Under the pieces are notes generated by a model, which was not told the origin of the DNA, did no database searches, and saw nothing but the letters and a program-made list of their open reading frames with translations. Positions 44,222-54,459 of a DNA stretch of 60,960 bases are shown piece by piece. Location of the stretch: contig CAYGBM010000025.1 of the NCBI GenBank assembly GCA_964348225.1, forward strand, positions 1 to 60,960, given 5' to 3'. How positions within the stretch are numbered: position 1 is the stretch's first letter; each line of letters begins with the position of its first letter. Source of the DNA: an uncultured Candidatus Saccharibacteria bacterium. Lineage in GTDB: Bacteria > Patescibacteriota > Minisyncoccia > Minisyncoccales > CG1-02-41-26. The position numbers and the translations under genes are program-made.

Positions 44222-44260
44222 ACAAGAAGGGCAAGGAAAAGCGGCAATTGCATTTCCTTT

Positions 44261-45262
44261 ATGTTTTTAGAAATATATAATAAATTCTTAAGAGATAGAT
44301 TTGATTTAGTTATTGAGGAAGAGAATGAACATTACATAAAAAAAGGAAAATTAATAGAGAGGAAAAAGGGATTTGAAATCCCCATTTATAACTATATACC
44401 AAGATTTTCCATAGACGACTACTGTGAGAGCTTTGGACTGCAGTGGGATAGATTTAAGAACCTCCAACATGATAGTAAAACCGGATATTCTCACTCATAC
44501 AACAGAATAGTCCAAAATACAGAATGGATTTTAGGCAAGTTGGCGGGCAAGTCCATTTTAGAGTGTGGTTGTGGGCCGGGCAGATTTACAGAAATATTCA
44601 TTGAGAATCAGGCAGAGGTTGTTTCGGTTGATATGAGCCGGGCTGTAGATATCAACCTTGAAAACTGCGGAAAAAAAAAGAATTTACTGTTATTGCAATC
44701 TGATATTACTAAGATGCCCTTTTTTTATGGAAAATTTGACTTCGTATTCTGTTATGGTGTGTTACAACATACTCCAAATCCGGAAGAGACGTTTAAGGTA
44801 TTAGTCAAATATCTAAAGCCTGGTGGAAGAATAAGTGTGGACATTTATAGGAAGCAATTTCTTCCAACCTGCTGGACTACTCCAAAATATCTTTGGCGCC
44901 CCATAACAAAGCGAATGAAAAAAGAAACTTTATTGAAAATAATAGAATGGTACATCCCTAAATATCTTTATTTTGACACCTTCATTAAAAAGATTCCTAA
45001 AATTGGTTGTGTGATTGCTGGGTTAATACCTATACCTTGTTGGAACTATATTGACTTGGGCTATTCTAGGAAGGGGAGGATTCGCCATGCCATCTTGGAT
45101 ACATTTGATGCTTTAAGCTCTGAATACGATATTCCAAAAACAAAAAAAGAAATAGAACAATGGTTTAGTGATAGTCCAGAGCTCCAGGATATCAAGGTGT
45201 TTTATGGGAGTAATGGGATCGTTGGTAATGCCAAAAAAAAGTTAAAATCTAGAGAACATTGA
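44261..45262 (+). CDS. Class I SAM-dependent methyltransferase
   Basis: ILECGCGPGRFT motif I and LKPGGRISV. Confidence 0.7.
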   Translation: MFLEIYNKFLRDRFDLVIEEENEHYIKKGKLIERKKGFEIPIYNYIPRFSIDDYCESFGLQWDRFKNLQHDSKTGYSHSYNRIVQNTEWILGKLAGKSILECGCGPGRFTEIFIENQAEVVSVDMSRAVDINLENCGKKKNLLLLQSDITKMPFFYGKFDFVFCYGVLQHTPNPEETFKVLVKYLKPGGRISVDIYRKQFLPTCWTTPKYLWRPITKRMKKETLLKIIEWYIPKYLYFDTFIKKIPKIGCVIAGLIPIPCWNYIDLGYSRKGRIRHAILDTFDALSSEYDIPKTKKEIEQWFSDSPELQDIKVFYGSNGIVGNAKKKLKSREH

Positions 45263-45270
45263 AGAAGATT

Positions 45271-46170
45271 ATGGAAAAAGAAATTTCAAAATGCATTTTG
45301 TGCGACAGCCAGCCAGCAGACCTTAAAGAGGTGTTATCTTTCGAAGAATTAAAAGAGATTTGGAAATACACAAAAATTGAGATAGAAAAACATCTTCCCC
45401 CTTCTATTTTTCTGCTAAAAGAATGTTCGTCATGCGCTTTGCAATTTTTTGACCCTCAGATAAGCGGAGATGACGATTTTTATTCTTTATCCCCAATAAG
45501 GAATTATCAGTTCAGCTGGGACTATAAGGTGATTTCAAGATATATTTTAAAGCACAGATTGGAATCTCTTTTAGATTATGGTTGCGGAGAAGGTTTTTTC
45601 TTGAAAATACTTCCCGAAGAAATCTTTAGGGTGGGCATAGATTTTAATGTAAAACCCCAGAAAAAAGAAAACCTCCGATTAATTAAGAGCAATTTATTAG
45701 ACTTTGAGCCAGGCAGGCAATTCGAGGCGGTGATCTCGGTTCAGGTTTTAGAACATCTGACTGATCCTAAAAGGCATTTAAGAAAAATGATAGAGTCTTT
45801 AAAAGAAGGCGGCTATTTATTTCTTTCAGTTCCCAACAGAAACGGGGTTTTAAGGCTAATAGAAAACAAAGGAAAACCCCTAGATTTTCCGCCCCATCAT
45901 TTGACTCGTTGGTCGAAAAAAACAATGCAGAAAATCTCGGAAATTTATCATTTAAAGATTATTACTGTCATTGAAGAGCCTTTAAGCTACCATCATTTTA
46001 GATGGGCAATGCATACTTTCATTGGCACTCGTTATATGGACAGTGGTTTCAAAAATAAGATTTTAGGGAAAATTCTTCTTTTAAAACAGGAGGTATCACT
46101 TCCTATTTCTTATCCACGGTTTAAAGATTCAGTTAAGGGCCATAGTATTTTGGCTGTTTTTCAGAAGTAA
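45271..46170 (+). CDS. Class I SAM methyltransferase with N-terminal zinc ribbon
   Basis: CILC...CSSC ribbon and LLDYGCGEGFF. The ATG is at 45271. Confidence 0.7.
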   Translation: MEKEISKCILCDSQPADLKEVLSFEELKEIWKYTKIEIEKHLPPSIFLLKECSSCALQFFDPQISGDDDFYSLSPIRNYQFSWDYKVISRYILKHRLESLLDYGCGEGFFLKILPEEIFRVGIDFNVKPQKKENLRLIKSNLLDFEPGRQFEAVISVQVLEHLTDPKRHLRKMIESLKEGGYLFLSVPNRNGVLRLIENKGKPLDFPPHHLTRWSKKTMQKISEIYHLKIITVIEEPLSYHHFRWAMHTFIGTRYMDSGFKNKILGKILLLKQEVSLPISYPRFKDSVKGHSILAVFQK

Positions 46171-46183
46171 ACGGAGAAATTAA

Positions 46184-47401
46184 ATGGAAGAAATAAAAGT
46201 AAGCCATATAAATCCAACCGATATTAAAGGAGGGGCTTCTCTAGCAGGTTACAGGCTCCACAAAGATTTTTTAAAATACCCAGAGATTGATTCGGTTTTA
46301 TTTGTTCATAAAAAACACACTCGAGATAAAGAAGTGTTGCAGTTTTCTAATTTCTTTTTCAGACAGATTGAGAGAGTTTTGAACAAAATAGGCTACCTGA
46401 CGGGACTGCAATATCTTTTCAGCGTCAATTGGCTGTCACTCTTTTTTCGAAAAAGGTTTTATCAGACAGATGTCTTTATTATCAGAATGCTCCATGGTGG
46501 TTATTTGCCCTTTTGGCTACCCTGGCTTTTGAGCAAAATAGCCCCAGTTATTTGGCGATTTCCTGATATGTGGGCTTTTACCGGCCATTGCTCTTATTCA
46601 TACGATTGCCAGAAGTTTAAGGAAGTTTGCAGAGAATGTCCCCGTTTATCTGATTATCCAGGTTTGCTTAGAGACACAACCTCTTTTCTTTTTCGCCTGA
46701 AAAAATTCTTTTATCAAAAATCTAACCTTTATATAGTTTCTCCTTCGAAATGGCTGCTTGGCAATATAAAGCAAAGCCCTATTTTTAAAAATGCTCAAGC
46801 CTTTCGTATCCCAACAGGGGTAGATACTGCAATTTTTAAGCCAGAAAGAAAGAATAAAAGGCCAACTGTAATTGCGGTTTCTGCTGCATCGCAAAACAAA
46901 AGAAAGGGCGGTGAGCTTTTTCCAAAGATTCTTTCAAGCCTCAACAAGGTTTTGAAAGAAAAAAATCTATCCTTAGACTTCTACTGGGTTGGCGAAAAAA
47001 CCTTATCTTTTCCTTCTTTTTCCAGCATAAACCATATCTTTTTAGGTTTTTTACACGAAAGAGAGTTAGCAGAATATTATGCCAGAGCTCATCTTCATAT
47101 TCTGCCCACCTTAGCTGATAATTTGCCCAATACTTTGTTGGAAAGTTTAGCTTCAGGCACTCCAGCAGTTACCTTTGATGTTGGTGGCTGTAAGGACGTG
47201 ATTAAGCATTTAAAAACTGGATACTTGGCAAAGCCCCGAGATATTGATGATTTTATAAGGGGCATTATTTCTTTATTAGATAACCAGCAGAGATTGACTG
47301 AGATGGGTAAAGAAGGCAGGAAATTAATTGTTGAAAATTTCACTCTTCAGCACCAAACCCAGCGCTATTTAAAACTAATAGAAAACATCTTAAATCTTTA
47401 A
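46184..47401 (+). CDS. GT4 glycosyltransferase
   Basis: The C-terminal DNLPNTLLESLASGTPAVTFDVGG region. Confidence 0.8.
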   Translation: MEEIKVSHINPTDIKGGASLAGYRLHKDFLKYPEIDSVLFVHKKHTRDKEVLQFSNFFFRQIERVLNKIGYLTGLQYLFSVNWLSLFFRKRFYQTDVFIIRMLHGGYLPFWLPWLLSKIAPVIWRFPDMWAFTGHCSYSYDCQKFKEVCRECPRLSDYPGLLRDTTSFLFRLKKFFYQKSNLYIVSPSKWLLGNIKQSPIFKNAQAFRIPTGVDTAIFKPERKNKRPTVIAVSAASQNKRKGGELFPKILSSLNKVLKEKNLSLDFYWVGEKTLSFPSFSSINHIFLGFLHERELAEYYARAHLHILPTLADNLPNTLLESLASGTPAVTFDVGGCKDVIKHLKTGYLAKPRDIDDFIRGIISLLDNQQRLTEMGKEGRKLIVENFTLQHQTQRYLKLIENILNL

Positions 47402-47418
47402 TCTTATAACTTATAACT

Positions 47419-48207
47419 ATGTTCAAGGGAGGGCTTAGGAAAAAGGGAATTTATAAAACCTCGTTACCGGGCAAACCTCTTATCACGGTGGTAACCGTTG
47501 TTTTGAATAACAAAAGATACATAGAAGATGCTATTTCAAGTGTTCTCGGGCAAACATATGATAATGTTGAGTACATTGTTATTGATGGCGGGTCAACCGA
47601 CGGAACGTTGGATGTAATTAAAAAATATGGAGAAAAAATTGACTATTGGATAAGCAGTAAGGATAAAGGAATTTATGATGCTATGAATAAGGGAACAGAA
47701 TTGGCAAGAGGGGACTGGATTCATCTTCTGAATTCTGATGATTATTATTTTTCCTCTGATGTCTTGGAAAAGGCAGTTGGGCATCTTGACAATTCCGGAG
47801 ATAATTTCTATTATTTTACCTTGATACATCAGTTTCCAAGCCAGAAAAAAAAGACCTATAAATACCCCTTTAATTTTTTGGGTTATCTCCGTCTCTATTA
47901 TTCTGCTTATCTTCCGCATCCCACTTTGTTTGTTATGAAAAAGCAGTATGAGGAAATCGGGCCTTATGACTTAAACTTTAAGATTGCCGCTGACCATGAT
48001 ATGATATTGAGATTATGCAAAAAATACCGCCCCTGTTTTGTTGATATACCGCTTTCTGTAATGAGAATCAGAGGCTACAGTAGCAAAGACCTCCCTAAAA
48101 CCTTTGAAGATTTCAGAAGAGTGACGGTTAAAAATGGTTTGAACCATCTTTTGGCTGGTTTAATCCTTAAATTCAAGGTCTTCAAATATAAATTAACCAA
48201 AAACTAA
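47419..48207 (+). CDS. GT2 glycosyltransferase
   Basis: ITVVTVVLNN, VIDGGSTDGT and LNSDD. Confidence 0.8.
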   Translation: MFKGGLRKKGIYKTSLPGKPLITVVTVVLNNKRYIEDAISSVLGQTYDNVEYIVIDGGSTDGTLDVIKKYGEKIDYWISSKDKGIYDAMNKGTELARGDWIHLLNSDDYYFSSDVLEKAVGHLDNSGDNFYYFTLIHQFPSQKKKTYKYPFNFLGYLRLYYSAYLPHPTLFVMKKQYEEIGPYDLNFKIAADHDMILRLCKKYRPCFVDIPLSVMRIRGYSSKDLPKTFEDFRRVTVKNGLNHLLAGLILKFKVFKYKLTKN

Positions 48208-48208
48208 T

Positions 48209-49072
48209 ATGTATCTTTTCTTACATATACCCAAGGCAGCGGGTACAACATTCACTTCTCTTTTGAGAAGAAATTTTAAAGAAAGGTTCGTTCCTATTTA
48301 TGGTCTTAAAAAAACAGGTTTTTTTAGTGACTCGGAAGTTAAAACATTGGCTACTTTTTTTCCTCAAGCTCAATGTATAGCTACTCATAAATTTGCTTGC
48401 CCTATTCCACAGCCAGAAAATACTGACATAAGGTACAAACTCATAACATTCTTGAGGGACCCTGTTGACAGAGCTTTGTCGCATTATTTGTTTCACAGAA
48501 AGCGGGATAAGTTAGGCATTATAAAAAAAGAGCTTGCTCGTTTGCCCTTTGAAGAATATTTTGAGAAGTTGAGAGAGAAATGCCACAAAGATGCTCAAGG
48601 AGAATGGTCTTATTTATGTAATATGCAAGCTTACATTTTGGACAGGAATTATAATATAGAGGAAGCTAAAAAAAGAATCAAGAATGAGTTTTTCTTTGCG
48701 GGGGTGAGTGAGAGGTTCGATGAATGTCTTCTTCTTTTAAAAAAGAGATTCAAAAAAGATGGGATAGACCTGAAAATAAATTATTTCATGAAAAATGTAG
48801 GGGGTGGAAGAAAGAATTCCAAGGAATTTTTAGCCCCAAAAGTTTACGACAAGGTTCTCGAATCCAACCGATTAGATAAAGATCTCCATGATTTTGTTAA
48901 TCAACTTTTGGACGAGGAGATAAAAGGCTACGGTAATCAATTTTATACTGATTTAGCAAGCTTCAAAAAAGAGCAGAAACGGCTTAGTTCTTTCACTGGT
49001 TCAGCGGAATTATTAAGTAAATTTTTACGTTATCAAAATAAGCTGGTTAATAAATGGCTTGCTCGCTTTTAA
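48209..49072 (+). CDS. PAPS-dependent sulfotransferase (Sulfotransfer_2-like)
   Basis: 5'-PSB-like FLHIPKAAGTTF and 3'-PB-like FLRDPVDRALSHY. Confidence 0.7.
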   Translation: MYLFLHIPKAAGTTFTSLLRRNFKERFVPIYGLKKTGFFSDSEVKTLATFFPQAQCIATHKFACPIPQPENTDIRYKLITFLRDPVDRALSHYLFHRKRDKLGIIKKELARLPFEEYFEKLREKCHKDAQGEWSYLCNMQAYILDRNYNIEEAKKRIKNEFFFAGVSERFDECLLLLKKRFKKDGIDLKINYFMKNVGGGRKNSKEFLAPKVYDKVLESNRLDKDLHDFVNQLLDEEIKGYGNQFYTDLASFKKEQKRLSSFTGSAELLSKFLRYQNKLVNKWLARF

Positions 49073-50043
49073 CTTCTCGGGAAATTATGGGTGGAGAATA
49101 TCAATGTTCCTTATGTGGTTCAGAAAAAATTGAAGAAATAGGTACCATCCAGAGACCGTTTAATCTATTTAAATGTAATAAGTGCCAGCTTTTTTTTATT
49201 CTGCCCCGGCCCAAACAAGAGGAGTTGAAAATGGCTTACAAGGGCTTTAATAGTGATATAGGAAAGCTTAAGCCCCGAGAGGCTGAACGGATTTCAGTCA
49301 GGTACTATAAGATTATTAAAAGCTATTGCCCTGAAGCAAAGAAAATTTTGGAAATTGGCTGCTCCACTGGTCATATCCTTTACGGCTTAAAGCAATATGG
49401 TTATGAGATACAGGGGACAGATTTATCGTCAAGGGCATGTCAGCTTGCTCAAGAATATTATGGTGTTAAAGTTCACGATGCAGAATTTCCTCCACCCGAA
49501 AGCCAAGATTCCTTTGATGTTATAATTATGAGCCATTTGATAGAACACGTTCCCGAACCAAAGGCTTTTATTACTAAAGCTACAAAGTTTTTAAAACCAA
49601 ACGGAATTTTAATTATTTCAACGCCAAATTCAAAGTCGTTGGGCTTCAGGATCTTTAGGGGGCATTATCCGGTTATTAATCCTCCTTTTCATCTTAATTT
49701 TTTCAACAAAAAAACCCTATCCTTTTTGACTGCTGACCGATATCAAATTAAGGAAGTTAAAAGCCACAGTACTGATTCTTTAGGACGCAATCCCTTTTTT
49801 CATGATGCTGCGGTTGGGTTTTTGAATTTTTTTAGAAATGTTCTGGGAAAAAAAAGAAAATTGTGGACTGTTGTCAACCAACAAAATTCTAGCAGAAAAG
49901 AAAAAAAAGCTTCCAAAAGCATTCTTTTGAGATGCCGCAAGTACTCAAGGAAAATTTTACAAGTTCTTTTTTCTCCTTTCTTTCTTTTACTTGATAAGTT
50001 TGGGTGGGGAGAGAATATTACTTTGGTTGGAGGGAGAACATAG
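49054..50043 (+). CDS. Class I SAM methyltransferase with N-terminal zinc ribbon
   Basis: CSLC...CNKC ribbon and ILEIGCSTGHIL. An alternative start at 49087 is possible. Confidence 0.7.
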   Translation: MACSLLTSREIMGGEYQCSLCGSEKIEEIGTIQRPFNLFKCNKCQLFFILPRPKQEELKMAYKGFNSDIGKLKPREAERISVRYYKIIKSYCPEAKKILEIGCSTGHILYGLKQYGYEIQGTDLSSRACQLAQEYYGVKVHDAEFPPPESQDSFDVIIMSHLIEHVPEPKAFITKATKFLKPNGILIISTPNSKSLGFRIFRGHYPVINPPFHLNFFNKKTLSFLTADRYQIKEVKSHSTDSLGRNPFFHDAAVGFLNFFRNVLGKKRKLWTVVNQQNSSRKEKKASKSILLRCRKYSRKILQVLFSPFFLLLDKFGWGENITLVGGRT

Positions 50044-50050
50044 CCGCTCG

Positions 50051-51241
50051 CTATCGCTCGCGAGCCTTGATTAAAGATTGATGTATTTTTACTAACTTGG
50101 GAAAGTATTTTTCTTCCAGAAACTTCTCTTTGACATTATTTAAGCAGTTGATTTTCATTTTTATAATTTTTAAGGGATCCTTTAGGGCCTGGTTTAATGT
50201 TTTTTCAAATTCCTTGAGGTTTTTTACCAAGTAGCCGGTGAAATCATTCTTAACAATATCCTTGACCCCTTCTATGTCAAAAGCTATTATTGGCAAGCCT
50301 TGGGATTGGGCTTCAACTAGAGCTCCGGGCGATCCCTCAAAGGTGGATTTGGTGTTAAAATGAAAATAGAGATGGGCTTCTCTAAATTTATTGACCAATT
50401 CTTTCTTTGTAATCCAACCGGTAAGCTGAACCTGATTGGGGCAGGATTTTTGAAGCTCATCTAAATCTTTATCTTTTCCTCTTACTCCGATAAATTCCAT
50501 AACAGAGTTTTTATTTAAAAAAAGCACCCTTTTTAACATTGCTATTACCTCTGATTTGTTTTTAATTTTTTCTATCCTGCCAGCAAACATCATTTTTAAC
50601 GTTCCTTTAAAATCCCTTTCCAATAGTTGAGGGTCAGAAATCGTATCTTTGGGCATGCTGTTTGGTATGTAGAGAATTTTTTCTTTTTTTACAAAGAGGA
50701 ATTTGGCAACCCTTTTTTCTTCGCTGTGGTTTTGGACTGAAACAAAAGTGGCTAAGTTGAGGGTTATTCTTAGTCCAATTAAATAATGGTATAAGGTATA
50801 AAGAATGGCTTTTGGGGTGAAGCTGGGACCGCCCCCCCAATAATGCATTATAAATTTTTGACGTTTTAAGAACAAAACAGGAGTGATAAAATCGTACATA
50901 AAAAGATAGTAGCTGTCCAGATGCCAGATAGTTTTTTCTTGGGCTTTAAATTTAATAACCTCTTTCAAAAGAGACAGGGAAATTTCCAATGGAAAGGGCA
51001 ATTTTAAAGAAACAGGAAAGAATTTCACTTTAAAACCTTTTTGGTGTTGCATCTCAATTACTTTTTTGAACTTTTTGCTCAGAACCCAAAGTTCGTGCTT
51101 GAAATTCAAGCTTTCAGGACCTTTCTTTTCAAACTTTCTGATTTTTTCTATAAAGCGGACACAATAGTGGTCAAGATTATGGTAATCACCGCCCATAAAA
51201 TCTTCAATATTATGGGCTAAAATATGGATTATTTTGGGCAT
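50051..51241 (-). CDS. GT4 glycosyltransferase
   Basis: FEGSPGALVEAQSQGLPIIAFDIEG region. Confidence 0.7.
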   Translation of the reverse strand: MPKIIHILAHNIEDFMGGDYHNLDHYCVRFIEKIRKFEKKGPESLNFKHELWVLSKKFKKVIEMQHQKGFKVKFFPVSLKLPFPLEISLSLLKEVIKFKAQEKTIWHLDSYYLFMYDFITPVLFLKRQKFIMHYWGGGPSFTPKAILYTLYHYLIGLRITLNLATFVSVQNHSEEKRVAKFLFVKKEKILYIPNSMPKDTISDPQLLERDFKGTLKMMFAGRIEKIKNKSEVIAMLKRVLFLNKNSVMEFIGVRGKDKDLDELQKSCPNQVQLTGWITKKELVNKFREAHLYFHFNTKSTFEGSPGALVEAQSQGLPIIAFDIEGVKDIVKNDFTGYLVKNLKEFEKTLNQALKDPLKIIKMKINCLNNVKEKFLEEKYFPKLVKIHQSLIKARER

Positions 51242-51334
51242 TTTTGCTAAATTGATTTATACTAAATTCTAACCCTTTACCTGGTTTTATTCAATGCTTA
51301 TCTCTATATTTTTTGATATAATTGATTAAAGAGT

Positions 51335-52453
51335 ATGAAAATAGCTCTCATTTATTTAGGCAGAAGGGGCGGGGGTCCTGTTTATAGCTTAGAAGTTGCA
51401 AAGAGACTCACAAAAAAATCAGAACTGCTAAATATTGTTTCTGAACAAATAGACAATCTAAGATACTGGGGAAAAGCAGACCTCTCTCTTTTGAAAATAT
51501 CAACCTATAAAAGCGCTTTTGGATTGTTTTTTTCTTTTTTTAATTTCAAGAAGTTCTTTTTTCTTTACCGTCAAATTAAGAAGTTCTCACCCGATGTTAT
51601 CTATTATCCCTTTTTTCATTTTTGGGACCCCATAATCAATTTTCTTTTTCCTAAAATCCCCAAGGTTTTTACCTTGCATGATCCTGTTTTGCATCAGGGT
51701 GAAAGAAATTCCTTTGTGCAGTTTTTGCAAAACCGGACTGTTAAGCAATCAAACCGTATAATTGTTCTAAGCAAAGCTTTCAAGAGAACTGTTGCTCAGC
51801 AGGGAATAGCTTTAGAGTATATTGACTACATTCCCCATGGAGTTTTTTGTTATTATTCTGACGTTGAAAGAAGCAGAGCTTTTACCAAAGCTCAAGAGAC
51901 ACAGGACAGGAACAGGGTCAACATTCTCTTTTTTGGCAGGATTTTAGAATACAAGGGCTTGGGCGTTCTTTTGCGAGCTTTTCCTTTAATCAAAAAAGAG
52001 GTTCAAAGAGCCAGGCTCTTTATAGTGGGCAGTGGTGATTTGGGCCCTTATCAGGATATTTTGAAAGAGATTGGAGAGGCAGATATTGAAATAGAAAACA
52101 GATGGATAGCCGACGAAGAAATAGGCAGTTATTTTGCCAGAGCTCATTTAGCAGTTTGTCCTTATATTGAAGCTTCCCAATCAGGCCTTATTCCATTAGC
52201 CTATGTTTTTAAAGTGCCGGTTGTTGCAACTCATGTTGGAGGGTTAAAAGAGCAGGTAGAGCATGGAAGAACCGGCTTGCTTGTGCCACCAAACGACCCT
52301 CTAAAGTTCGCTAGAGCCTGCATTGAAATCTTAAAAGATTCGGAAAAAAGGAAATGGATGGGTGAGCAAGGCTTTAATAAGGCTCAACGAGAATGGAACT
52401 GGGACATGATTACAGAAAAAGTTTTAGAAAGCCTGAGAAAGGCTACCCATTAA
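51335..52453 (+). CDS. GT4 glycosyltransferase
   Basis: EASQSGLIPLAYVFKVPVVATHVGG region. Confidence 0.8.
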   Translation: MKIALIYLGRRGGGPVYSLEVAKRLTKKSELLNIVSEQIDNLRYWGKADLSLLKISTYKSAFGLFFSFFNFKKFFFLYRQIKKFSPDVIYYPFFHFWDPIINFLFPKIPKVFTLHDPVLHQGERNSFVQFLQNRTVKQSNRIIVLSKAFKRTVAQQGIALEYIDYIPHGVFCYYSDVERSRAFTKAQETQDRNRVNILFFGRILEYKGLGVLLRAFPLIKKEVQRARLFIVGSGDLGPYQDILKEIGEADIEIENRWIADEEIGSYFARAHLAVCPYIEASQSGLIPLAYVFKVPVVATHVGGLKEQVEHGRTGLLVPPNDPLKFARACIEILKDSEKRKWMGEQGFNKAQREWNWDMITEKVLESLRKATH

Positions 52454-52465
52454 CTATTAAAAAGC

Positions 52466-54445
52466 ATGTGTGGTATAGTCGGTATCTGGGATTTCAAAAA
52501 TAAAATAGAGCCTGAATTGTTAAAAAGTATGCGCGACACCTTAAAGCATCGGGGCCCAGATGATTCAGGACTTTTTATTGATGAAAAAGCAAATATAGGA
52601 TTAGGCCACAGAAGATTGTCTATTCTTGATTTGTCAGAGAGGGGACACCAGCCAATGAGAAATGAAGATGGAAACTTATGGATAACTTACAACGGCGAGG
52701 TTTACAATTTCCAAGCAATAAAAAAAGAGCTTGAGCAGAAACGATATAATTTCTCAAGCAGCTCTGATACAGAAGTTGTTTTGAAAAGCTTTGAAGAGTG
52801 GGGGATTGAGGGAGTGAAAAAATTCAGAGGTATGTTTGCTTATGCTTTGTGGGATAAGAGGAATCAAAGATTGACTCTGGTTAGAGATAGAACAGGCATT
52901 AAGCCATTGTATTATTATTTTGACGGCAGCTTGTTTATCTTTGCTTCAGAACTCAAAGCTATTTTAAAGCATAAGCTGGTGAAAAAAGAGTTGAACCTTG
53001 AAGCTCTTTATCTTTTTTTAGAGCTCAGCTATATTCCAGCCCCTCATTCAATCTTCAAGGATATTAAGAAAATAGAACCTGGGCATTGTTTAGTTTTAGA
53101 TGGTCAAAAAAGAATAACAAAAACAAAATACTGGGATGTTTTCGATTTTTATTTAAAGCAAAAAGGCAAAAACAAGATAGGGGAGCAGTTTGGAAAAAAC
53201 GAAGAAGAAATCACCCAAGAATTAGAGGCAATCTTACAAGAATCCTTTAAATTAAGAATGGTTTCTGATGTGGAGGTCGGGCATTTTTTAAGCGGTGGTA
53301 TTGATTCTTCAACCGTGGCGGCTTTGCTGACGAAGAAATTGGGCTTGAGCAATCTGAAAACTTTTACTATTGGTTTTCAAGAGGCAAAATATAATGAAGC
53401 CCCTTTTGCTAAAAGGGTCGCTGAATATTTAGGCACTGAACATCACGAATTATATTGCACCCAGAAACAAGCCATGGAGATTGTGCCCAGTATTGCTGAC
53501 ATTTACGATGAACCATTCGGCGACAGCTCCTCGGTGCCTACCTATTTGGTATCTCGTTTTACCAGGAATCTTGTGAAGGTTTCCTTGTCAGCTGATGGAG
53601 GAGACGAAACATTTTGCGGTTATGACAGGTACTGGCTGATTGATGCACTTTTCCAAAAATTTCAAAGAACCCCTAAATTTTTATTAAAAGGAGGTTTAAA
53701 TGTTTTTAAGATACTGTCTCCTGAAGTGCTATCTTTTCTTTACAAGAACCTCGGCTTCTTTTTACCAGAGCAGCTAATTACAAAAAAGAAAATTCATAAA
53801 CTAAAGCGGAAAATTGCCAAACTTAAGGAAATAGTTAAAAATCCCAAAGACCTAATCTCTTTTTATAAACTGCTGGGCTTTGGCTTCTGGAAAACCCCAG
53901 AGCTTTCTGACTTGCTGCTCAATTTCCCCCTCCCATCAAATATTTTGGTGTGGGGGCTTGAACAAGCATCAAGAATTGGCCATTTGGATAATTTAACCAA
54001 AATGCAAGCCATTGATTATAAAACCTATTTAGCAGATGATATCTTAGTAAAGGTTGATAGAGCCAGTATGGCAGTTGGCTTGGAAGGAAGAGACCCCCTT
54101 TTAGATCATAAAATAATAGAATACGTTGCCTCTTTGCCTGTTGGTTTGAAGTACAAGCAGGGAACCTCAAAATATATTTTGAGAAAGATTTTATATAAAT
54201 ATATTCCAAAGGAGCTTTTAGAAAGACCCAAACAAGGCTTTAGCATCCCTTTAGAGGACTGGTTAAGAGGGGATTTAAGGTTTTTAATTGATAGGTATTT
54301 AGACAAAGAAAGAATAAAAAAACAAGGAATTTTCAATTGGCAAGTTATTGAAGAAGAAAAAAAGAAATTTCTGGAAAAAGGCATTGACTATGCCGATCAC
54401 CTCTGGCTTTTAATCACATTTGAAATGTGGCACGAAAAGTGGTAG
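52466..54445 (+). CDS. asnB: Asparagine synthase (glutamine-hydrolysing) family amidotransferase
   Basis: N-terminal MCGI nucleophile and the SGGIDSS PP-loop. Confidence 0.9.
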   Translation: MCGIVGIWDFKNKIEPELLKSMRDTLKHRGPDDSGLFIDEKANIGLGHRRLSILDLSERGHQPMRNEDGNLWITYNGEVYNFQAIKKELEQKRYNFSSSSDTEVVLKSFEEWGIEGVKKFRGMFAYALWDKRNQRLTLVRDRTGIKPLYYYFDGSLFIFASELKAILKHKLVKKELNLEALYLFLELSYIPAPHSIFKDIKKIEPGHCLVLDGQKRITKTKYWDVFDFYLKQKGKNKIGEQFGKNEEEITQELEAILQESFKLRMVSDVEVGHFLSGGIDSSTVAALLTKKLGLSNLKTFTIGFQEAKYNEAPFAKRVAEYLGTEHHELYCTQKQAMEIVPSIADIYDEPFGDSSSVPTYLVSRFTRNLVKVSLSADGGDETFCGYDRYWLIDALFQKFQRTPKFLLKGGLNVFKILSPEVLSFLYKNLGFFLPEQLITKKKIHKLKRKIAKLKEIVKNPKDLISFYKLLGFGFWKTPELSDLLLNFPLPSNILVWGLEQASRIGHLDNLTKMQAIDYKTYLADDILVKVDRASMAVGLEGRDPLLDHKIIEYVASLPVGLKYKQGTSKYILRKILYKYIPKELLERPKQGFSIPLEDWLRGDLRFLIDRYLDKERIKKQGIFNWQVIEEEKKKFLEKGIDYADHLWLLITFEMWHEKW

Positions 54446-54459
54446 ATTTAAATCATCCT

